A stretch of DNA of 35,768 nt, taken from positions 1 through 35,768 of the IMG/VR virus record IMGVR_UViG_3300032233_002708. One strand, 5' to 3'. Shown one piece after another: positions 8,399-16,472 of this stretch. Numbering within the stretch: position 1 is the first letter of the stretch; each line of letters opens with the position of its first letter. Made by a program: the position numbers and the translations under genes. The notes beneath the pieces are model-generated. The model did not search any database. It was not told the origin of the DNA and saw only the letters and a program-made list of their open reading frames with translations. This DNA is from a virus. Lineage: Duplodnaviria; Caudoviricetes.

Positions 8399-8932
8399 TC
8401 AAGGCAAGTAAATTGCATCATCTGCGGCATCGCCATATGCAGAATAAGTGGCAGTTCCAGTAGAAATACCAGAGAAAGCAACTAAAGTTTCAGTCTTAAC
8501 TCTCAATTCCCCACCTGACATATAAGTCTTAATTCCTACCCATCCTGCATGGGTTACTGCATACTTGGTAGTAACAGCAGATGCAGCTTCATATATATCA
8601 ACTCCAGCTACTTGATTAATGGTATTACCGACGCCAAGAACAGAATAATTAGAATCTTGCATTACATAAACTGGTTTCTGTGACATTGTGTATCCAACAC
8701 CAGAAATAGCTGCTCCACTTAAAAATTGAGTAGAAGCAATTGAAATAACTCTATCTGAAGTTATTCCAGAAATAACTGCTTCTCCAAATGTTTTTCCTGT
8801 GCCGATACTAATTACTGATCCTATTCTTGCTGCAGTAAAAGAAGTACCAGTTCCAGTTATTGTTTTGGTTGAATAATTTACTGTTACTGTACCAGGAGAG
8901 TAAATACTATCTGCGGTTCCCCAAAGTGCCAT
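8399..8932 (-). CDS. Probable virion structural protein
   Basis: MALWG start, Thr/Gly/Ser beta-rich body, HAGWVG...RVKTETLVA motif; late promoter CATAAATA 8965-8972. Confidence 0.75.
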   Translation of the reverse strand: MALWGTADSIYSPGTVTVNYSTKTITGTGTSFTAARIGSVISIGTGKTFGEAVISGITSDRVISIASTQFLSGAAISGVGYTMSQKPVYVMQDSNYSVLGVGNTINQVAGVDIYEAASAVTTKYAVTHAGWVGIKTYMSGGELRVKTETLVAFSGISTGTATYSAYGDAADDAIYLP

Positions 8933-8987
8933 CTTTGTTACCTTTAACTAATTAATCTATTGAATATTTATGTTAGATTAATATTAC

Positions 8988-9019
8988 AAAAAAAAAGGGA
9001 AAATTAATATTTTCCCTTT
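8988..9019 (-). terminator. Intrinsic terminator
   Basis: 11-bp stem AAAGGGAAAAU/AUUUUCCCUUU running into a U tract. Confidence 0.75.
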
Positions 9020-9023
9020 ATAC

Positions 9024-9194
9024 TCATTTTACTAGAAGTTTAGTCCTAACTAATCCAACTACAACATCATCGATATCATTGCTAGTAGATTTAGCATAAC
9101 GATCTAAAAGATCTACAACTAATCTTTTTACTGCATCTGATTCTAGAAATGCAATTAAAACTGGTTTTACTACGTTTACGAATGCGGAATTCAT
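9024..9194 (-). CDS. Small amphipathic protein (56 aa)
   Basis: Hand translation MNSAFVNVVKPVLIAFLESDAVKRLVVDLLDRYAKSTSNDIDDVVVGLVRTKLLVK; RBS AGGAG 9202-9206; late promoter 9233-9240; terminator downstream. Confidence 0.85.
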   Translation of the reverse strand: MNSAFVNVVKPVLIAFLESDAVKRLVVDLLDRYAKSTSNDIDDVVVGLVRTKLLVK

Positions 9195-9235
9195 GATGTT
9201 TCTCCTGAATGGGTTATGGGAATCACCCGAAATAT

Positions 9236-9814
9236 TTATTTTAAAATACTTTTACGATACTTTTCTATAAATTCTTTTATTATTTTTTTTCTATGTGCTC
9301 TATCCAACCTAGTTTGAGATCCTGCTCTTTTAGCATCTCTAATCCTTTTTAATTCTGCATCACCACCTGGTTTTAATCTTTTTCCCCTAGAGGTAAGATC
9401 AACTGGACCCCCAGTTGATAATCCTTTTTTTCTTTTTTGTCTAGCCGACAATGAATTAAGAACAGTCTGCAATTCAGTTGAAGTTAATCTAGATGTTGAT
9501 TCTGGTTTTTTTGATTCTGGTTTGGGGTCATCTGGAGCAACGGAATAAAAGGTTACTCCACCACCAGAAGAAGATTTTTCTGGTGGCCTTGGTATATCTG
9601 TCCTATAAGTAGTTGATGGTCCAGTTCTTCCTTGTTTACTAGCTTGGGTGCCAGCCTGCCTAGCCAATCTTCTATTTATTGGCAACTCCGATTGCGATTG
9701 TTGTGGTAAAGTTCTACCTGGATTTGTTGAACCTTGCCCAGGAGAAATTCTATCATTTCCCCTTGGTCTTGGTCTAGATCCAGATATGTTTGCTTCTTTT
9801 ATATTTTTTTTCAT
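9236..9814 (-). CDS. Basic low-complexity protein, probably disordered
   Basis: 192-aa Arg/Gly/Pro/Ser-rich ORF coupled by ATGA overlap to the upstream gene. Confidence 0.7.
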   Translation of the reverse strand: MKKNIKEANISGSRPRPRGNDRISPGQGSTNPGRTLPQQSQSELPINRRLARQAGTQASKQGRTGPSTTYRTDIPRPPEKSSSGGGVTFYSVAPDDPKPESKKPESTSRLTSTELQTVLNSLSARQKRKKGLSTGGPVDLTSRGKRLKPGGDAELKRIRDAKRAGSQTRLDRAHRKKIIKEFIEKYRKSILK

Positions 9815-11349
9815 GATGCAGTTTTTGGTAATCCTTTATGTTTGGTTGATGCGAATTTACGAATTTCACCAACTGACATTCCATCAACTATTTTTAAAAC
9901 TTCGTCACTAACTTCAGATCTTGGTGTATCTCCTCTTTTAACAGATAGAGCAAGACCAAATATTTTTTGTTGTTGTTCGCTAGTTGCTTTCTCAACTAAC
10001 TGTAATGTCTCTTTTAAATTAGTTGACTTTACTTTTTGTCTGGCATATTCTTTTGCTGCTGTATTAACGGCGGCTTTGGTCAATGCTCTAGCTCCTCTGA
10101 TTAAGCCAGCTTGAAGATTTCTTCCGGCTTTGGTTTCAAATGGTGCTCTGGCTCCACTTCCAAATTCCTGTGCAGCTTTACCTACATTCGTTGCAATTTT
10201 ACCAGCAGTGTTTGCAGTTTGACTTGCAGCTTTACCAAATTGTTTTGTTGCTGTATTGTGTCTTTCTATTCCTGCTCTAGTAGCATCCGCAACTTTACCG
10301 GCAAATCCCAATGCTCCCATTAGAGCAGATCCAATTGCAGTTTTATTTGGTTTTTTGGTTGATTGAGTTTGTTTTGCATTTTGAGTCGCAATATTTCCTC
10401 TATCCATAGTTATATTTTTAGCTAGTTTTTCTCTTTGTGCTGGTCCATGATATTCACGTCTACGTGAACTACGCTGCTCAGTGCTTCCAGATGCCTGTCT
10501 CTCTTTATGTTGTTTAGTTGAAGAAATGGCACGATTAAATGCTTTTGGATCTTCTTTCTTCAATTGAGAATAATGCATTCCTTTATTTTTGCCGGAACCA
10601 ACTGTTTGCCTGGGTGCGGCACCTCCTTTCTTTTCTATTTCTTTTTGTAATCTAGTTTTTTCGCTCAAATATTCTTCAGATAAAGAAAGTTCATCTGCAA
10701 TTCCAAAAACATAATCAATAAACTGAGCTTCACCCAATTCTTCTGCAATTAATTCTATACCATTGTCATTTATTCCATTGCTATAGAAAAATTCAGTTGC
10801 AAGCTCTACAGCTTCATATATAAAATTTTCATTTAATTCTTCTACATAAAGAACTTGCTCAGCAACAGAAATACTTGGATTTATTTCAATTTTATTTTTA
10901 ACTGGTTTTTCTACTATTTGCTTTTCTTTTGATGCGTCAATCTCAGATTCAATATCTCCAATAGACTCATAAAGTTCATTTCTCCAATCAGAGAAAAATT
11001 CATCTAATTCTTTTTTATTTTTCTTTTTACTATTTTTATCTTCTTTCTCATCTTCATCTTCATCATCTTCATCGTCTTCATAAGAATCACCAATTGCTTT
11101 TTTTATAGCTCTGTCTTTGACACCAGAATATTCATCTGCTTCGTCTTCTACTTCTCCATCTCCATCATAATCTTTTGATTTTTTACCAGTTTTTTTATAT
11201 TTATTTTCGTATTTTTCACCTGGCTTATCTTCTTTTTCTTCTGTAATATAATTTAAATATTCATTTCCTTCTTGAATATAATTGCCAGAAATTGAAGACA
11301 AATAAATTTGCTTCATTTCATTGAAACTTTCTATTATACGATCAGACAT
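9811..11349 (-). CDS. Late acidic/basic mosaic protein with DxDxDG motif and C-terminal DUF3008-like domain
   Basis: DYDGDGEVE motif; C-terminus SEQQQKIFGLALSVKRG...MSVGEIRKFASTKHKGLP; late promoter TATAAATA 11375-11382. Confidence 0.75.
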   Translation of the reverse strand: MSDRIIESFNEMKQIYLSSISGNYIQEGNEYLNYITEEKEDKPGEKYENKYKKTGKKSKDYDGDGEVEDEADEYSGVKDRAIKKAIGDSYEDDEDDEDEDEKEDKNSKKKNKKELDEFFSDWRNELYESIGDIESEIDASKEKQIVEKPVKNKIEINPSISVAEQVLYVEELNENFIYEAVELATEFFYSNGINDNGIELIAEELGEAQFIDYVFGIADELSLSEEYLSEKTRLQKEIEKKGGAAPRQTVGSGKNKGMHYSQLKKEDPKAFNRAISSTKQHKERQASGSTEQRSSRRREYHGPAQREKLAKNITMDRGNIATQNAKQTQSTKKPNKTAIGSALMGALGFAGKVADATRAGIERHNTATKQFGKAASQTANTAGKIATNVGKAAQEFGSGARAPFETKAGRNLQAGLIRGARALTKAAVNTAAKEYARQKVKSTNLKETLQLVEKATSEQQQKIFGLALSVKRGDTPRSEVSDEVLKIVDGMSVGEIRKFASTKHKGLPKTAS

Positions 11350-11377
11350 GTTTTAACACTAGTGAATCTTAATATAT

Positions 11378-12634
11378 TTATACTTTATTTTTGCTTCGTC
11401 TATGTTTATGAACAAAATTTGTTATTTTCTTTGTTCCTGTCATTTTCATAACATAATTCCGAAGCGCATCAGTGCCAACTTCTCTTTGACTTGCTGGTAC
11501 GCCAGAAACATCAGTCCATTCAGTAAGATCTTTTATCCATGATTTAAACATATGGCCATCTTCAGTAACGCAAATAAGATAATTTGGCCCCCTTCTTTTT
11601 ACTTCACCTACTAATCCTGTATTCAAGTTTTCTACTATATCACCAATTTTAAATATATTCTCTTGATAATATTGCTCTCTTAAATTTATTAAATCCAACT
11701 TTGGTGCATATTTCCACATTTCCTGAACTTCCTGTTCTGGTGGTGCTTCTTTTCCAGTTGTATCTTCTACTGGTTTTTTACCAAGAAGAATTCTCTGTAC
11801 AGCAAAGAAAAGTGCATTCATATCACTTTTTGACATTCTCTTAGGTAGACCTGCTCTGAATGTATTGAAATCATCTTCGAGTGCTGCTTTTCTTAATCTA
11901 GATGCAGATGTACCTTCTGGTCCAACTGCGTCAGGATCTCTACTATCAGAAGGAATAACATTTAACTCAGTAAAATCATACAAAGATCCATTATATTGAC
12001 TGGATAATCTATCAAATTCAGAAGTCCTATTTGCACCAACAACCAAATTTATTTTTGTATATCCATCTTCATTTGCACGAACAAGAACATCAAAAATTGT
12101 TCTCATTTCATCGTCATTAATAATATTGTCTTTGAACTCAGGGAACATCTTCCTCATATATTTAATTTTTTGAGGAGGATTTAATGGGTTTTTTGTACTA
12201 TCTTGAGCACGAGATGGATATATTTTTAAATCTCCACCTGCAGATACTTCTGATGCCTTTTGTAATAATTTTTCATGCCCCACGGTAGGTGGATTAAATC
12301 TACCAAATACAATCGTGAGTTGTTTTTCCTTTTCTGGTTCTGGTGCTGGCTCTTCTTCTTTTCTTTTTTTCGGAATTGATCTTTCTTGTGGGGCAGATGG
12401 ATTTGTTACTTGCGCTTGCGACTCTTTTGATTTAACTGGCGCCAATTCTGCTTTTTCTGGGGATGGTGATTTTTTTCTTACCATTTCGAGGTCACCATTC
12501 ACAGTTTGGGCAACCAGTTTACCACCTCTATCAACCCAGCCACCGTGACCATCAGAAACCAGACCAAGACGATATGCTTTCTCCGAAGCTCTTGATCCCC
12601 TAGATTCTGATATAAATTGCGAAAACTTTTTCAT
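11378..12634 (-). CDS. Cytidyltransferase-like (HIGH superfamily) nucleotidyltransferase
   Basis: FGRFNPPTVGHEKL, VVGANR and SASRLR motifs; late promoter GATAAATA 12652-12659. Confidence 0.88.
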   Translation of the reverse strand: MKKFSQFISESRGSRASEKAYRLGLVSDGHGGWVDRGGKLVAQTVNGDLEMVRKKSPSPEKAELAPVKSKESQAQVTNPSAPQERSIPKKRKEEEPAPEPEKEKQLTIVFGRFNPPTVGHEKLLQKASEVSAGGDLKIYPSRAQDSTKNPLNPPQKIKYMRKMFPEFKDNIINDDEMRTIFDVLVRANEDGYTKINLVVGANRTSEFDRLSSQYNGSLYDFTELNVIPSDSRDPDAVGPEGTSASRLRKAALEDDFNTFRAGLPKRMSKSDMNALFFAVQRILLGKKPVEDTTGKEAPPEQEVQEMWKYAPKLDLINLREQYYQENIFKIGDIVENLNTGLVGEVKRRGPNYLICVTEDGHMFKSWIKDLTEWTDVSGVPASQREVGTDALRNYVMKMTGTKKITNFVHKHRRSKNKV

Positions 12635-12657
12635 CTTTATATTTTTTTAACTATTTA

Positions 12658-13545
12658 TCAATCGGTTTTATTTCTGGTCGTAATTGGACGATTTGGATCA
12701 AAGCCAGTTTCTCCTCTTCTTGGAGTTTGTTGTCTAGCTGGTCTTCTTCTTTCTGATCTTGTTTGATTAATGTATTTAGATTGATCAATTCCACTCTCAG
12801 TGTCTTGAGATATATTTGAAACTACATTACCAGAGCGATCAACATGAGTAGACATTCTAGCTGGTCTATCGGGATTATCTGGAATACTATTAATAATTGC
12901 CGTTCCTCTTCTAGCTAGTCTAGACCTAAGAGTTGAAGAGGATAATCCAGATACAACTCCACCTTTTGGCGTTTGTGGTTTGGAAGTATCTTTAGTTGTA
13001 GTTTCATCTGGTTTATCTTTATTCAAAGCTACTCCAATTTTAGCTTTAGTTCCAGGTGCAAGTTCAGCTAATCGTGCAGCTATTTTTTTTACAGTAGCTT
13101 GATCATTCTCCCTCAGTGCATCTGACATTTGTCTTCTTAATTTTGCAATTTCAGAAGAATCAGATTCTTGAATAATAGTATTTTTCCATTCCTCACTCAT
13201 AACCAGAATAATTTTGTTTGCTGATTCTTCTGTATCAGCATATCCCTCGTCCAAAAGATAATCCAAAATTATATCATAATAATCTAATTCTTCTTTTCGT
13301 ATTCCAACTTCTCTATCTTGTCTGCGTTGAGTTTGAACGACCGCATTTGCTCTAGATTTTAATCTGGCTGCGTTCTTTTCTTCTGCTGTCTGTCCTTCCC
13401 ATGTGTCTGGAGTTTGGTGTTTCCAATCATCAAACTTTCCAATATTTTGTTCTCTACTTTTTGGCATAACAGTAGGTCTAAGTTCTCCAGGCATACCTTT
13501 TCTGGACTCATAGATTTCCAAATATGCTTCTTGTAAATTATACAT
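12658..13545 (-). CDS. Late protein of the EGYAD-motif family; probable virion-internal protein
   Basis: LQEAYLEIYE N-terminus; YDIILDYLLDEGYADTEESANKIILVMSEEW; late promoter TATAAATA 13566-13573. Confidence 0.75.
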   Translation of the reverse strand: MYNLQEAYLEIYESRKGMPGELRPTVMPKSREQNIGKFDDWKHQTPDTWEGQTAEEKNAARLKSRANAVVQTQRRQDREVGIRKEELDYYDIILDYLLDEGYADTEESANKIILVMSEEWKNTIIQESDSSEIAKLRRQMSDALRENDQATVKKIAARLAELAPGTKAKIGVALNKDKPDETTTKDTSKPQTPKGGVVSGLSSSTLRSRLARRGTAIINSIPDNPDRPARMSTHVDRSGNVVSNISQDTESGIDQSKYINQTRSERRRPARQQTPRRGETGFDPNRPITTRNKTD

Positions 13546-13574
13546 TTTAATTATTATTTCTGTATTATTTATAC

Positions 13575-13601
13575 AAAAAAATCCCCTCGTGTGAGGGGAT
13601 T
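13575..13601 (-). terminator. Intrinsic terminator after mazG
   Basis: AUCCCCUC-ACAC-GAGGGGAU followed by a U tract. Confidence 0.85.
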
Positions 13602-13604
13602 AAA

Positions 13605-14021
13605 TCAGATATCTCCAGCTTTTCTATTCTCGCTTCGATGAACATCAAATGTTCCTTCTGGATATCTAGCCGAAAGTTTTTGATAGTTGATTTCCATGAG
13701 TTCCTCAAATGTTACATCAAGAGCAATGCAAAGTTGAGACATGTACCATAATACATCTCCAGCTTCTTTTTTAAGATGAACAATGTTATCTTCGTTGTAT
13801 GGTTTACCCTGAAGAATTATTTTTTTTACAATTTCAACTAATTCGCCACCCTCTGCAGATATGCCCAATGCAGCAGTCAAGAGCCTAGGGACATCAGCAT
13901 CCTGTACAGTTAGTTCCGTCATTCTTGCAAACAAATTTGCAATATCAGTACTAGCTGGACTTGTAGTCTGACGTACAAAATCAATGTACTTTTCTGAATC
14001 AATCTTTTTCTGTTCTGACAT
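13605..14021 (-). CDS. mazG: MazG-like NTP pyrophosphohydrolase
   Basis: GISAEGGELVEIVKK, KEAGDVLWY, NYQKLSARYP; usual position after gp41. Confidence 0.93.
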   Translation of the reverse strand: MSEQKKIDSEKYIDFVRQTTSPASTDIANLFARMTELTVQDADVPRLLTAALGISAEGGELVEIVKKIILQGKPYNEDNIVHLKKEAGDVLWYMSQLCIALDVTFEELMEINYQKLSARYPEGTFDVHRSENRKAGDI

Positions 14022-14026
14022 AATTA

Positions 14027-15406
14027 TTAATTAAAAATAAAGTTTTTAAATTTATCGCTGAATGAGTTATCCTCATTATTTGTTTCTTGTTCTGCACCAG
14101 AATCCAATAAATCATCCTGAGCAGTTTGTTCAACATCATAAAATCTCATTTTTGGTCTATCAATACCAACCATTCCTTTTCGATATTTATTGACATCACC
14201 ATAACGATTTTTTAATTGTTTAAACATAACTTGTCCCATTTGTTCAAGTTCTTCTGTACTTATCATTGCAAAAATTAAATCAGCAGTATATACAATACCA
14301 ACAGAATCACTAGTATTGGTAAGATCTGGATCTGTATTGTATCCACCACCACGATTAAATTGAACAGCAGAGAAGACAGGAACGTTACGTTCAACTCCAA
14401 TTCCACGAACTTCTTCTGCAATTGATTTTACATAAGAATATGAATTTGGAGAGTTATTTAATTTTTGACGACTTGATGCACAGATATTAAGATAATCAAT
14501 AAAAATAATATCTGGAAAGAAAGATTTCTTTAATGCAAGATCATCTAACAATGCCCTAAAGTGACCAGAATGAGCTGCAGTTGGTGGATATTCTTTAATG
14601 ACCAAAGTGCCTTGAGTCTTTTCTGATATTGATTTAATTTTACTATCAAATACAGACTTTGGTAGATCTTTAATATCTCCAATGTTAATATTCATCAAGT
14701 TTGCATCTATTCTTCTTGCGATCTCTTCCTCTGCCATTTCAAGTGAAATGTATAATACATTTTTTCCTTGAGTCAACAAAGTTGCGGCATAGTGACACAT
14801 GAACAAAGATTTTCCAACTCCACTAAATGCAATGATTAAAGATAGAGTCTTGGGACTGATTCCACCGTTTGTAATCTTGTCCAAGTATTCCAAACCAAAT
14901 GGAAGTTTAATATCTTTTTTATTATAAAATGAAAATCTTTCTTCTGCATTTGTGAAGTAATCGTGTCCAACATGAGTATCAAAACTTACGGCAAGAGCAT
15001 CTGTAAGTATAGAAGGAATTGCATCTGCAGTTTTATCTTTATCTCGGCCATCCGCAATCAGAATTGATTTTTGAATTGCTAGATAAATTGCTCTTTTTTT
15101 GCACCAATCTTCTGTAGTGTTGATTAACCAATCCAGATTGACAGGTTCTTTTGTTAATGAAGAAATGGAAGATTCAATTTTTTTATACAGATCTTCATTT
15201 AAGTCTTTTCGTTTGTCCAATTCAATTTCCAACGCATCTTTTGTTGGCAATTTATTGTATTTTGTGACAAATGAAGATATTTCATCAAATAGAATTTGTT
15301 CCGTTTGGTACATGAAATACTCGCTTTTGATAAAGGGCAGAACCTTTCTAGTATAGTCCTCATTATAAATTAAATTTCTTAATACCAAGAACTCATTCTT
15401 ATCCAT
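14027..15406 (-). CDS. gp41: Replicative DNA helicase (T4 gp41-like)
   Basis: Walker A SGVGKS, YISLEMAEE, IKEYP, FIDYLNIC, KQLKNRY; ATG 15406 overlaps uvsX stop (TGATG). Confidence 0.95.
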   Translation of the reverse strand: MDKNEFLVLRNLIYNEDYTRKVLPFIKSEYFMYQTEQILFDEISSFVTKYNKLPTKDALEIELDKRKDLNEDLYKKIESSISSLTKEPVNLDWLINTTEDWCKKRAIYLAIQKSILIADGRDKDKTADAIPSILTDALAVSFDTHVGHDYFTNAEERFSFYNKKDIKLPFGLEYLDKITNGGISPKTLSLIIAFSGVGKSLFMCHYAATLLTQGKNVLYISLEMAEEEIARRIDANLMNINIGDIKDLPKSVFDSKIKSISEKTQGTLVIKEYPPTAAHSGHFRALLDDLALKKSFFPDIIFIDYLNICASSRQKLNNSPNSYSYVKSIAEEVRGIGVERNVPVFSAVQFNRGGGYNTDPDLTNTSDSVGIVYTADLIFAMISTEELEQMGQVMFKQLKNRYGDVNKYRKGMVGIDRPKMRFYDVEQTAQDDLLDSGAEQETNNEDNSFSDKFKNFIFN

Positions 15407-16455
15407 CAATTAATTATCTCCACAAGATCTTCTTCATTCTCATCAACAATTGTAGATCCATATTTGAATTTCTTCTGAGCATATGAATCAATACTATCTA
15501 ATAATTCTTTAGTAAAGTATTTTTCTGGGTCCTTTAGTATCTCCTTTTCATATAATTTTTTACCACCAACTAGATAGCGATTTCCTAGCTTTTCGATTAC
15601 TCCACCTTCATATCCAAGTTGCAGTAAACCGTAATATTTATCAAGACCTCTTTCATCATAGAATAATCGAATCTCCACTACTCTATTTTCTCTACTCAAC
15701 CTAGATTTAATTGCCTGGGCTGTAATTATATTACCAACAACTTCAGTGCCATCTTTTTCTTTTGATTTTGAAAGATAAATGATCGAAGACGAGGAATAGA
15801 GGAGACCCGAGCCTCCAGATTGAACTTTAGCTGGCCCATATCCACCAACATTGGCATAAAGATGGTTTGTAACAATCATTGGAATATTAGCTTGACCAAG
15901 TTTGAGAGTTAACATTCTAAAAGCACCCTTAATTAGACCCGCCTTTGTCATGTCTTTCTTTTCTTCTCCAGCAATAGCATCCCCAATTTCTTTATTTGTG
16001 GATAACATACCTAATGAATCAAGAACAAATAAACATGGTTTTTTTTCCTTATTCTCTTTCTTCATGTATATATCAACAGCTTTAAGTGCCTTTGTTCTAA
16101 ACTCTTCGATTGTCACTACATTAAGAACGATTACTCTAGATAGGTCAATTTGTCTTGATTCCAAAAGAGACTTTGTAATAGCTGCTTCCGTATCAAAATA
16201 TAAACAATAACCATCTGGATGCGTATCCAAATAATTTTTAACAATTGCAAGAGAAAAGAAAGTTTTTCCGGTTGATGTTTCCCCGGCAAGTGCGGTAATT
16301 TTATTTCCAGATACTCCACCATAAATGCTACCACTAACAAGTGCATTAAAAATGTAAGATCCAGTATCTACAAATGCTTCTTCTTCTTTAATATTTGAAG
16401 CAAGAGAAGTGTATTCTCCTCCTACTTGTTTTACTATTTCATCTAAAAAATTCAT
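15406..16455 (-). CDS. uvsX: RecA-like recombinase UvsX
   Basis: DTGSYIFNAL, GETSTGKT, FDTE, LDSLG, VTNH, GGSG motifs. Confidence 0.95.
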   Translation of the reverse strand: MNFLDEIVKQVGGEYTSLASNIKEEEAFVDTGSYIFNALVSGSIYGGVSGNKITALAGETSTGKTFFSLAIVKNYLDTHPDGYCLYFDTEAAITKSLLESRQIDLSRVIVLNVVTIEEFRTKALKAVDIYMKKENKEKKPCLFVLDSLGMLSTNKEIGDAIAGEEKKDMTKAGLIKGAFRMLTLKLGQANIPMIVTNHLYANVGGYGPAKVQSGGSGLLYSSSSIIYLSKSKEKDGTEVVGNIITAQAIKSRLSRENRVVEIRLFYDERGLDKYYGLLQLGYEGGVIEKLGNRYLVGGKKLYEKEILKDPEKYFTKELLDSIDSYAQKKFKYGSTIVDENEEDLVEIIN

Positions 16456-16472
16456 AATTCTATCCTGTTATA

